A stretch of DNA of 64,000 nt from the NCBI GenBank assembly GCA_903928055.1, contig CAIYPG010000046.1, positions 2,639 through 66,638 on the forward strand. The letters run 5' to 3'. The notes beneath the pieces were generated by a model. It was given only the letters and a program-made list of their open reading frames with translations. It searched no databases and was not told where the DNA came from. Each line of letters starts with the position of its first letter. Position 1 is the stretch's first letter. The stretch comes from an uncultured beta proteobacterium. GTDB lineage: Bacteria > Pseudomonadota > Gammaproteobacteria > Burkholderiales > SG8-39. Of this stretch, positions 17,880-25,959 are shown one piece after another. Both the position numbers and the translations under genes were made by a program.

Positions 17880-18044
17880 GACTTTGATGTCTCGGCGAAG
17901 ATATTTCCGGCATCGTGCTGTCCAATGTGATTCTGGCCGATTTCACATGCGCCTGTCGCGTTATGCGATGGCCCGTGTTTTGCTGCGGTTTGGCGCTGTG
18001 CATCGGTCTTCCAGCAGGTTATTTGGAAGTAAAGCGGAGAAATC

Positions 18045-19232
18045 ATGGCGAAAACATCGACAGCGACAAAGAAACCCTCGGGCATTGCCCGCCGGCACGA
18101 CCGGATTGCGCTCGTACTGCAGGGTGGTGGTGCGCTGGGCGCCTATCAGGCCGGCGTGTACGAAGAACTGGCCAGCACCGAATTCCAGCCCGACTGGATT
18201 GCCGGGGTGTCGATCGGCGCCATCAACGCCGCGCTGATCGCGGGCAATCCGCCGGAACGGCGCGTGGAACGGCTTTCGGAGTTCTGGCACCTCGTGTCTT
18301 CGGGCATGGGGCCGGTCAGTGATGCACTGTCTGCGCCGCCGCATGACTACCAGAGCATTCATCTCGGCAAGCCGCGGAGCGCATTCAACCAGTTCAGCGC
18401 GCTGTGGTCGGCCATGCTGGGCATCCCCGGTTTTTACGCACCGCGCATGCCGCCAGCCTGGCTGCTGCCCGATGGCGCGTCCGGCGCACTGAGCCTCTAT
18501 GACACCGCGCCGTTGCGCGGCACCTTGGAGAAACTGGTCGATTTCGACCTGATCAACAGCCGCAAGGTGCGCCTGTCCATGGGAGCGGTGAACGTGCGCA
18601 CCGGCAATTCGGAATACTTCGACAACTTCGATCGCACCATCACCCCGGAACACGTCATGGCCAGCGGCGCGCTGCCGCCATCGTTTCCGCCCATCGAGAT
18701 CGGCGGGGAGGCCTACTGGGACGGCGGGCTGGTCTCGAACACGCCACTGCAATATGTGCTCGATGTGCGGGAGAGGCAGAGCCTGATGGTGTTCCAGGTG
18801 GACCTGTTCAGCGCGCGCGGCGACCTGCCAAAAAACCTTGCCGGCGTGGCGCAGCGCCAGAAGGACATCCTGTATTCCAGCCGCACGCGCTACAACAGCA
18901 ACATGGCGGCCGAAGTGGCCAACACCCGCAAGGCGCTCTGCGACCTGCTGGGGAAGCTGCCCGAAGCGTTGAAGGGCGAGCCCTCGGTCAGGCAACTTTT
19001 GTCGTCAATGCACGCGATTCCGACGGACATCGTCCACCTCATTTACCGGCAGGCGGCACATGAACTCGAATCCAAGGACTACGAGTTCTCGCGGGTGTCG
19101 GTGCTCGAGCACTGGCAGGCCGGCCAGCGCGACATGCGCGACACCATCGTGCATCCGGACTGGCTCAAATCGACGGGGATCGACGAAGGAGTGACGCAGT
19201 ACGATCTGACACGGCACACGAGGGTGGTGTGA
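18045..19232 (+). CDS. patatin-like phospholipase family protein
   Basis: LVLQGGGALGAYQAGV oxyanion motif, GVSIGA nucleophile motif, and a long C-terminal domain typical of housekeeping patatin-like proteins. Confidence 0.85.
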   Translation: MAKTSTATKKPSGIARRHDRIALVLQGGGALGAYQAGVYEELASTEFQPDWIAGVSIGAINAALIAGNPPERRVERLSEFWHLVSSGMGPVSDALSAPPHDYQSIHLGKPRSAFNQFSALWSAMLGIPGFYAPRMPPAWLLPDGASGALSLYDTAPLRGTLEKLVDFDLINSRKVRLSMGAVNVRTGNSEYFDNFDRTITPEHVMASGALPPSFPPIEIGGEAYWDGGLVSNTPLQYVLDVRERQSLMVFQVDLFSARGDLPKNLAGVAQRQKDILYSSRTRYNSNMAAEVANTRKALCDLLGKLPEALKGEPSVRQLLSSMHAIPTDIVHLIYRQAAHELESKDYEFSRVSVLEHWQAGQRDMRDTIVHPDWLKSTGIDEGVTQYDLTRHTRVV

Positions 19233-19233
19233 T

Positions 19234-19686
19234 TCAGGTACGCAGGATGAAGATGGCCAGTGCAAGCAGGCTGGCCATGCTGACGCCCGCATGCAGGTGG
19301 GCCAGATGCTTGAAGGCGGCCAGCGCCAGCGTCGGGTCATCCTGCTCGGCCATGCCGGCGAGTTTGCGCGTCTTGGGCGTGATCACCAGCAGATGCATCA
19401 GCGCCGAGAGCGCGAGGATGATGCCGCCGATGCCCGACCAGATTGAGCCGCCGGCCCAGCCGTGCACGAGGCCCGCCAGCGAGCCGAGCGCTGCGAATCC
19501 GCCCTGAACGATGGCAGGCCGCGGATGCGCGATCAGCCGGTAGGTGCTGGACAGTTCCGCCCCGCCTTCGGCGATCGCCGGGTCTTCGACCAGGCTGATG
19601 TAGGCCGAGCCGCCGGCAAACAGCGCGCAGCAGAACAAGGCGATGTTCTGCGAGATGGATTGCAGCAAAAGCATGGTCGAATTCAT
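19234..19686 (-). CDS. DUF1772 (anthrone-oxygenase-like) membrane protein
   Basis: 150 aa, four TM helices, FAGGSAYISLVE motif. Confidence 0.6.
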   Translation of the reverse strand: MNSTMLLLQSISQNIALFCCALFAGGSAYISLVEDPAIAEGGAELSSTYRLIAHPRPAIVQGGFAALGSLAGLVHGWAGGSIWSGIGGIILALSALMHLLVITPKTRKLAGMAEQDDPTLALAAFKHLAHLHAGVSMASLLALAIFILRT

Positions 19687-19707
19687 GTCGGGCCGTTCGC
19701 GTCTTGT

Positions 19708-20205
19708 TCAGGGGGTTCCGGTTGCTGCAGCCTTCGTCATGGCCATGACCGGCAGCGCCGTCTTGTCCACCACCTTGCGCAGCACGAAGCTCGAATGCAC
19801 GCCGGTCACCCCTTCGATGCGCGTGATCTTGTCGAGCAGCAGTTCCTGGTAGGCATCCATGTCGCGCACGATCACCTTCAACTGGTAGTCGGCGTCCTGC
19901 CCTGTGACCAGCAGGCACTCCAGCACTTCCGGCAGTTCACCCACCCGGGCCTCGAAGTTCGCAAAGCGCTCCGGCGTATGGCGGTCCATGGAAATGTAGA
20001 TCAGCGCCATCAGCGTCAGCCCGAGTGCGCGCGCCGACACCAGCGTGCGATACCCCGTTACCACGCCAGCCTCCTCCAGCGCCTTCACCCGCCGGAGGCA
20101 GGGTGAGGGCGACAGGCCGATGCGGTCGGCGAGGTCCTGGTTGCTGATGCGGGCATCTTCCTGCAGCACTTCCAGGATGTGCCTGTCGTAGCGGTCAAGT
20201 TGCAC
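19708..20205 (-). CDS. Lrp/AsnC family transcriptional regulator
   Basis: LDRYDRHILEVLQEDARISNQDLADRIGLSPSPCLRRVKALEEAGV HTH plus RAM domain. GTG start at 20205. Confidence 0.9.
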   Translation of the reverse strand: MQLDRYDRHILEVLQEDARISNQDLADRIGLSPSPCLRRVKALEEAGVVTGYRTLVSARALGLTLMALIYISMDRHTPERFANFEARVGELPEVLECLLVTGQDADYQLKVIVRDMDAYQELLLDKITRIEGVTGVHSSFVLRKVVDKTALPVMAMTKAAATGTP

Positions 20206-20232
20206 GATATTGCCAGTAAATAACGATAGAGC

Positions 20233-20287
20233 AATTATTATAGGAAATAATCGTAAATTTAAGCAATATTATTGCGTAAATATATCA
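20233..20287 (-). repeat. shortened (55 bp) degenerate copy (E) of the AT-rich element family
   Basis: The minus strand reads TGATATATTT..TTGCTT..CTATAATAATT. Left box, GCTT core and right box are in family order, but about 8 nt are missing. Confidence 0.4.
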
Positions 20288-20520
20288 GTCGAGGCCATAT
20301 AACGCAATCGCCTGCCGGGCCCCTTGGCCTACACTGGCTGCTCCTGTTACCCACAGGTTGTTTCAGGCCCGGCGCGGGTCAGCCGCTGTCCCACAAGGAC
20401 GGGCGGCACGATCCGAGGCCGGCGCATCCCAAACGGATGCGTGCAGAGTTTGAGTGATCCACGAATCAGCCCATAGCAATGGCAATGACGACCGCAATGA
20501 CGACCGGCAAGGAGCCGCCC

Positions 20521-22200
20521 ATGAAAGCCTTCGACCACAGCAAGTACCGCCCGACCTTAGCTCCGGCATTGGCCAACCGCCAGTGGCCGAGCCGCTCCAT
20601 CACCAAGGCCCCGATCTGGGCCAGTGTGGACCTGCGCGATGGCAATCAGGCGCTGCTCGAACCCATGAACCCGCAACAGAAAAAGCGCATGTGGGCGCTG
20701 CTGGTCAAGCTCGGCGTCAAGGAAATCGAAGTGGGTTTCCCCTCGGCCAGCCAGACGGACTTCGATTTCGTGCGCTGGGCCATCGAGGAAAAGCAGATTC
20801 CCGACGACGTCACGATCCAGGTGCTGGTGCAGGCGCGTCTCGAATTGATCAAGCGCACCTACGAAGCGGTGAAGGGCGCCAGGCGCGTCATCGTGCATGT
20901 CTACAACTCCACCTCGCCGGTGCAGCGCGAGCGCGTGTTCGGCATGGACAAGGCGGGCATCACCGCCATCGCGCGCCAGGGCGCGCAGTGGGTGAAGGAC
21001 GAAGCCGCGAAATATCCGGGCACCGAATGGCAGTTCGAATACTCCCCGGAGAGCTTCACCAGCACCGAGACCGAATACGCCGTGGAGGTCTGCGAGGCGG
21101 TGATGGGCGTATGGCAGCCCACGCCGCAGAACAAATGCATTTTCAACCTGCCCACCACGGTGGAAGTGGCCACGCCGAATGTGTTCGCCGACCAGGTCGA
21201 GTACTTCCACACCCACATCAGCCGTCGCGACTCGGTGGTCCTGTCCGTGCACACGCATAACGACCGCGGCTGCGCCGTCGCCGCCGGTGAACTTGCATTG
21301 CTCGCGGGCGCCGATCGCGTTGAAGGCACACTGCTCGGCAATGGCGAGCGCACCGGCAACATGGACATGACCACCATGGCCATGAACCTCTACAGCCAGG
21401 GCGTTGATCCGAAGCTCGATTTGTCCAATCCGGACGAGATCATCCAGGTGGTCACCGAGTGCACCGACATTCCTTTGCATCCGCGCCATCCGTGGTTTGG
21501 CGAGCTTGTGTACACGGCCTTCTCCGGCAGCCACCAGGACGCGATCCGCAAATGCCTGCAGCAGCAGAAGGCCGGTGAACCCTGGTCAGTGGCCTACTTG
21601 CCGATTGATCCCAAGGACCTGGGTCGTGATTACCAGGCCATCATTCGCGTCAACAGCCAGTCCGGAAAGGGCGGCGTGGCGTTCGTGCTGGAGCGCGACT
21701 TCGGCCTTGCCCTGCCGCGCTGGCTGCAGATCGAACTGGCGCAGGTGGTGCAGAAGGCCAGCGAGGTTCGCGGCGGCGAAATGGACCCGGCCACGATCCA
21801 CAACCTTTTCAGGGAACAGTTCATCGCCGATCGCGACCCGGTGTCGCTCACTGGCTACCAGCTCGATCGCAGCGCCGGCCATGATGCGATCAAGGTGCAT
21901 GTCGTCGATCGCGGCGTGAAGGTGACCATGCACGGCGAAGGTGAGGGCGCGCTGTCGGCCTTTGTCGATGGACTGATGAAGCACGGCAAGAGCAAGATCG
22001 CCGTCGTCGATTACAGCGAGCACGCCATCGGCACCGGCACCAACGCCGAAGCCGTGGCCTATGTGCAGATCAACATCGATGGCCAGCGCGTCTCCGGCGT
22101 CGCGCTCGACCACGACACGGTCAGCGCGTCGATGAAGGCGGTGCTGTCGGCATGGAACCGCATGCAGGCCGAAGTCGCGCAGCGCCAGAAGGTCGCTTAA
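20521..22200 (+). CDS. leuA: 2-isopropylmalate synthase (long, actinobacterial-type LeuA)
   Basis: ATG at 20521 preceded by AAGGAG. WASVDLRDGNQAL, EVGFPSASQTDFDFVR, and a C-terminal LeuA dimerisation/regulatory domain. Confidence 0.9.
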   Translation: MKAFDHSKYRPTLAPALANRQWPSRSITKAPIWASVDLRDGNQALLEPMNPQQKKRMWALLVKLGVKEIEVGFPSASQTDFDFVRWAIEEKQIPDDVTIQVLVQARLELIKRTYEAVKGARRVIVHVYNSTSPVQRERVFGMDKAGITAIARQGAQWVKDEAAKYPGTEWQFEYSPESFTSTETEYAVEVCEAVMGVWQPTPQNKCIFNLPTTVEVATPNVFADQVEYFHTHISRRDSVVLSVHTHNDRGCAVAAGELALLAGADRVEGTLLGNGERTGNMDMTTMAMNLYSQGVDPKLDLSNPDEIIQVVTECTDIPLHPRHPWFGELVYTAFSGSHQDAIRKCLQQQKAGEPWSVAYLPIDPKDLGRDYQAIIRVNSQSGKGGVAFVLERDFGLALPRWLQIELAQVVQKASEVRGGEMDPATIHNLFREQFIADRDPVSLTGYQLDRSAGHDAIKVHVVDRGVKVTMHGEGEGALSAFVDGLMKHGKSKIAVVDYSEHAIGTGTNAEAVAYVQINIDGQRVSGVALDHDTVSASMKAVLSAWNRMQAEVAQRQKVA

Positions 22201-22227
22201 GCAGTACGCATTCTGTACCCCTGCTTT

Positions 22228-22388
22228 TCTCCCCTCTCCCCCGGGGAGAGGGGCCGGGGGCGAGGGAAACCGTGTTTCCCGATGCCAGCCTGATTTCGTT
22301 CATGGTTCGATCCTTCGAACGAGATTAGGACTCACCATGAAACGGAATCAAACAACCACCGTTCGTCCTGAGCCTGTCGAAGGACGAA
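22228..22388. repeat. cluster of REP-like extragenic hairpins
   Basis: Perfect stems at 22231-22239/22245-22253, 22264-22270/22274-22280, 22305-22310/22315-22320 and 22362-22369/22381-22388. The CCCCTCTCC..GGAGAGGGG and TTCGTCCTGAGCCTGTCGAAGGACGAA motifs resemble repeats common in proteobacterial genomes. Confidence 0.55.
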
Positions 22389-22424
22389 GCCAATCCCCGC
22401 ATTCATCAAGCTCCTCCAACAACA

Positions 22425-23363
22425 ATGACCTGGCTCTGGATCCCCATCACGCTCATCGCTGCAGTCCTCCAGACTGCGCGCAATGCCGCCCAGCGCGGCC
22501 TCATCAAGACTGCCGGCACACTCGGCGCCACACTGGTGCGCTTCCTCTACGGACTGCCGTTTGCCGTGGTGTGGCTGGCGATCCTGCATTACCAGCATCC
22601 GCCGGTTGTGAATGCCGATGCGCCAGACGTGTCCGCAGCCTTCCTGATGTGGGTGTCCATGGGCGGCGTGTCGCAGATCATCGCCACGGCTTTCCTGCTG
22701 CTTGCCATGCAGACCCGCTCCTTTGCCGTCGCCACCGCCTATGCCAAGACCGAGGTGCTGCAGGTGGCGCTGTTCAGCTTCGTGCTGCTCGGCGAGGCGG
22801 TGAGCACTGGTGGCATGGTGGCCATATTGCTTTCGGTGGTGGGCGTGATGCTGCTGTCGGTGAAGCCGGACGCGCAGATGGGCGATGGGGGTGCAGGCAA
22901 GCGCTGGTGGTCCGAATGGCTGTCCCCTGCCGCCTTCTACGGCATCGTGGCCGGCGGCCTGTTCGGCCTCTCGGCGGTGGGCTACCGCGGCGCGGCCCTT
23001 CAGCATCCCGACTGGACGCCGTTCTACTCCGGGGCATTCAACCTGGTGTGGGCACAGGCGATACAGACCGTGTTGCTCGGCGGATGGCTGCTGGTGAAGA
23101 ACCGCCAGGCGCTGATGATGGTGATGCGCGAATGGAAGCTGTCGCTGGCTGCGGGCTTCCTCGGCGCCACCGCCTCCGCGGGCTGGTTCACCTCGTTCGC
23201 CATGCACAACGCCGCCGAAGTGCGCGCGCTCAGCCTCGTCGAAGTGCTGTTCGGCTTCTTCATCTCGCACCAGTGGTACAAGGAGAAAACCGAGAAGCGT
23301 GAGCTGCTGGGGATGGCGCTGCTGTTGCTGGGGCTGGCGGTGCTGGTGACTTCGGTCAGTTGA
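22425..23363 (+). CDS. DMT/EamA-like permease
   Basis: 312 aa, about ten TM helices, duplicated EamA-like halves. Confidence 0.7.
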   Translation: MTWLWIPITLIAAVLQTARNAAQRGLIKTAGTLGATLVRFLYGLPFAVVWLAILHYQHPPVVNADAPDVSAAFLMWVSMGGVSQIIATAFLLLAMQTRSFAVATAYAKTEVLQVALFSFVLLGEAVSTGGMVAILLSVVGVMLLSVKPDAQMGDGGAGKRWWSEWLSPAAFYGIVAGGLFGLSAVGYRGAALQHPDWTPFYSGAFNLVWAQAIQTVLLGGWLLVKNRQALMMVMREWKLSLAAGFLGATASAGWFTSFAMHNAAEVRALSLVEVLFGFFISHQWYKEKTEKRELLGMALLLLGLAVLVTSVS

Positions 23364-23376
23364 CCTCATCTTTTAA

Positions 23377-23439
23377 TGATCATAATTGTCTTGTAAAGTT
23401 GCTTTAATAATTAATAAATCTGTAAAATTGATTATAATG
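23377..23439 (+). repeat. AT-rich 63-bp element, copy A
   Basis: TGATCATAATTGTCTTGTAAAGTTGCTTTAATAATTAATAAATCTGTAAAATTGATTATAATG. Ungapped identity is 44/63 to copy D and 41/63 to copy B. It ends 2 nt before the methyltransferase ATG. Confidence 0.8.
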
Positions 23440-23441
23440 AT

Positions 23442-24296
23442 ATGACCGAATCACCGATCCGGAATGTTTCCGACACTGCCTTCTGGATTGCGCACCATCG
23501 CGCAGAAGAAAGCGACCGGCCCGATGCCCTGTTCCATGACCCGCTTGCCCGGCGGCTGGCGGGTGAGCGCGGGCAGGTGATCGGGAGGGATTTGCCGGCG
23601 CAGCGCTTCGTTGCCTGGAACGTATCGGTCCGCACCTGCATCATCGACGATTTCATCCGCGAATCGATTGCGCACGGGGTGGACACGGTGCTCAACCTCG
23701 GCGCCGGCCTCGATGCGCGGCCCTGGCGGATGGAACTGCCGCCGACGCTCCGCTGGGTGGAAGTGGACCATCCGCACCTCATGGCCTACAAGGCCGAGCA
23801 ACTCGCCGGGAAGAAGGCGCACTGCCAAGTGGAGCGCATCAGCCTGGACCTTGCTGATCGCGAGGCACGCCGCAGCATGCTGGCCGGCGTGAATGCGCGC
23901 GCCGGAAAGATGCTGCTGATCACCGAGGGCGTGCTGCCCTATCTCAGCGTGGAGGAAGCCGCCGCACTGGCCGACGACCTCCGAACCCTTGATCGAGCCA
24001 GCGGCTGGATCGTGGACTACATCTCGGCACTGGCGATGGAATACCGCGAACGCGGCGGCATGGCGAACCGCATGCAGAACGCGCCATTCAAATTCAAGCC
24101 GCAGGACTGGTTCGAATTCTTCCGCGGCCATGGATGGCAATGCAACGAGATGCGCTACATGCCCGTGGAAGGCGAACGCCTCGGACGGCCCTTCCCGATT
24201 CCCGTGCCGATGAAGTTGATGATGCGCCTGGCTTCGCCGGAGAAAAAGAAGGCGCTTCGGGAGTTGATGGGGTACGCGTTGATGGGGCCGTGCTGA
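23442..24296 (+). CDS. class I SAM-dependent methyltransferase (LCM / TIGR00027-like)
   Basis: SDTAFWIAHHRAEE.., LNLGAGLDARPWR SAM-binding motif, 284 aa. Confidence 0.8.
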   Translation: MTESPIRNVSDTAFWIAHHRAEESDRPDALFHDPLARRLAGERGQVIGRDLPAQRFVAWNVSVRTCIIDDFIRESIAHGVDTVLNLGAGLDARPWRMELPPTLRWVEVDHPHLMAYKAEQLAGKKAHCQVERISLDLADREARRSMLAGVNARAGKMLLITEGVLPYLSVEEAAALADDLRTLDRASGWIVDYISALAMEYRERGGMANRMQNAPFKFKPQDWFEFFRGHGWQCNEMRYMPVEGERLGRPFPIPVPMKLMMRLASPEKKKALRELMGYALMGPC

Positions 24297-24313
24297 TCTA
24301 AGTAACGAGCTGG

Positions 24314-25489
24314 CTACCAGGCATTCTCAAGAACCTGTTCCAGTTCGCCCGCATTCTGTACCCGCCGCGGATTGTCGCGAACGAACCAGTCTTCCATCGA
24401 GATGGCGGCCAGATGCGGAAGGGATTCGCGTGTGACACCGATGTCCCGCAGGCGCCCCGGTGTGCCGAGCGACTCAAAAATTGATCGCATGGCCTCGACC
24501 ACGACATCGACAGGCGCCCTTTGGTCGGCATTCATTCCGAAGGCATTCACCAGCTTCTGGAGTCCTTCTGCCGCTGCCACCTCGTTGAACCGAACCACAT
24601 GCGGCAGCACGATGGCATTGGCCAGGCCGTTGTCGACATGAAACCGGGCGCTGATGGCATGTCCCAGCGGAAGGGCAATTCCCGCGCCGGTGTAGTCCGT
24701 GCCGTGGCCGCAGAGCAGCGATGCGAACATGAGGTCGGCGCGGATTGCCGGATCGTCGCCATCCCCTTCCACCAGGCGCTGCCGCAGCAGCCGCGCGGCA
24801 TGCATCAGCAGCGCATCGGAAAACGGATCGCCCGAGCGTGACATGAGCCCTTCCATCGCCATGGCCAGCGTATTGAGACCGGCGCTGACAACCAGCTTCC
24901 TTGGCGGTGTTGCGAGCAGTTCCGGATGGATGAACACCGCCTGCGCGCGGGTCTTGGGATCGAATAGCGCGAGGCGCCTGCCATCAACGGGGTCGAGCAC
25001 TGCGCTCCCCGCCTTCAGCGTGGCGGTCGTCGGTGTCGTGGGAATCACGAACTGCGGGAGCTTCGGTGCCAGCAACTTGGGGCTTCTGAGCCTGCCACTC
25101 TCGTCGCGCGATGTGCAGAGCTGCCGTGCGCCACCCTTTTCCGCGAGCAGGATGCCCGCCGCACGGGCCGTCACAATCGCCGATCCCCCGCCCAGGGCGA
25201 TGATGCAATCCGCGTTGAGGCGCTGCAGTTCGGCCGCTGCCGCCTCCACGGCGGGCAGCGGACTGTGCGCCTTGACGCCGGCATGCACGCCTGCGCACCT
25301 GTCGCCCGCTGCGACGCGAACACGGTCGGCCATGCCGTCCCGCGCCAGCGACGAACCGCAGAAGAGCACGGCACGATGGCTGTCGATGCGTTCGAGTTCC
25401 CTGCCCAGCATCGCCAGGCTGTCAGGCCCGTGGAAGAGGCGTAGCGCAGGCACGATGTGCCGGAAAGATTCGATGCTGCCGATGCTCAC
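24314..25489 (-). CDS. iron-containing alcohol dehydrogenase family protein
   Basis: 391 aa, GGGSAIVTARA glycine motif and conserved His-rich C-terminal half. Confidence 0.85.
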   Translation of the reverse strand: MSIGSIESFRHIVPALRLFHGPDSLAMLGRELERIDSHRAVLFCGSSLARDGMADRVRVAAGDRCAGVHAGVKAHSPLPAVEAAAAELQRLNADCIIALGGGSAIVTARAAGILLAEKGGARQLCTSRDESGRLRSPKLLAPKLPQFVIPTTPTTATLKAGSAVLDPVDGRRLALFDPKTRAQAVFIHPELLATPPRKLVVSAGLNTLAMAMEGLMSRSGDPFSDALLMHAARLLRQRLVEGDGDDPAIRADLMFASLLCGHGTDYTGAGIALPLGHAISARFHVDNGLANAIVLPHVVRFNEVAAAEGLQKLVNAFGMNADQRAPVDVVVEAMRSIFESLGTPGRLRDIGVTRESLPHLAAISMEDWFVRDNPRRVQNAGELEQVLENAW

Positions 25490-25553
25490 TTGCGGACTCC
25501 AGCGAGAAATGGATCGTAATGACGATCACGATGGAATTGCTTTCTGGACACTA

Positions 25554-25934
25554 TCAGTCCCCGAATTGCGCCGCCAGGTCTTCGTAATTTTCCTGGCGGA
25601 ATCGTGGCGTGCAAATCGCCAGAAACACCAGCTTCCCCTCACCAACATTGGCAATCCGCTGTCGGCACATCGCCGGGATCAGCACCACATCCCCGGCTTT
25701 GACTTCGTGCGGCGCAAGGTCGCCAATCTCGACGCGGCCGCGTCCTTCCAGGATCACATAGCGCTCACCGGTGCCCTTGAGGCGGTGCCAGCGCGTGGTG
25801 ACGCCCGGCGCGACGCTGGCGCGGGCGATGGAGCAGTCCGGGTCGTCCGGGGTGTTGGAGAGTTCGAGGATGTCGCAGCGCTCTTCGGTGGCGAAGGTCT
25901 GCGCAGGGTCGGGGGCAAGGATGGCGGGGTTCAT
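25554..25934 (-). CDS. cupin domain protein
   Basis: ATG at 25934 avoids overlap with the MFS gene. Cupin motifs WHRLKGTGERYVILEG and GDVVLIP. Confidence 0.75.
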   Translation of the reverse strand: MNPAILAPDPAQTFATEERCDILELSNTPDDPDCSIARASVAPGVTTRWHRLKGTGERYVILEGRGRVEIGDLAPHEVKAGDVVLIPAMCRQRIANVGEGKLVFLAICTPRFRQENYEDLAAQFGD

Positions 25935-25959
25935 GGCCGCCAGCATGCCAGCAGCGCGG

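Noticed and set aside
18045-19232. Patatin-like phospholipase as a CBASS/defence effector
   Set aside because: No cyclase/nucleotidyltransferase, E1/E2/JAB or other defence gene is adjacent. The neighbours are a DUF1772 membrane protein and the ECF/YciI pair. The long C-terminal domain is typical of housekeeping patatin-like proteins.
23373-23391. Left module (TTTAATGATCATAATTGTC; similar in B) read as a Fur box
   Set aside because: By hand it matches about 14/19 of GATAATGATAATCATTATC. However, any AT-rich TGAT/ATCA-containing sequence scores this well. The flanking genes (methyltransferase, hemF 3' end, glyS/gmhB) are not iron-related. The fixed 63-bp architecture is not explained by a single Fur site. 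I keep it only as one of several binding-site hypotheses.
23412-23444. Copy A as a sigma70 promoter (TTAATA-N16-TATAAT) giving a leaderless methyltransferase mRNA
   Set aside because: The TATAAT ends at 23438 and the ATG starts at 23442. A normal start site about 7 nt downstream would fall inside the coding sequence. Copies B and C also face gene 3' ends, so a simple promoter role does not generalise.
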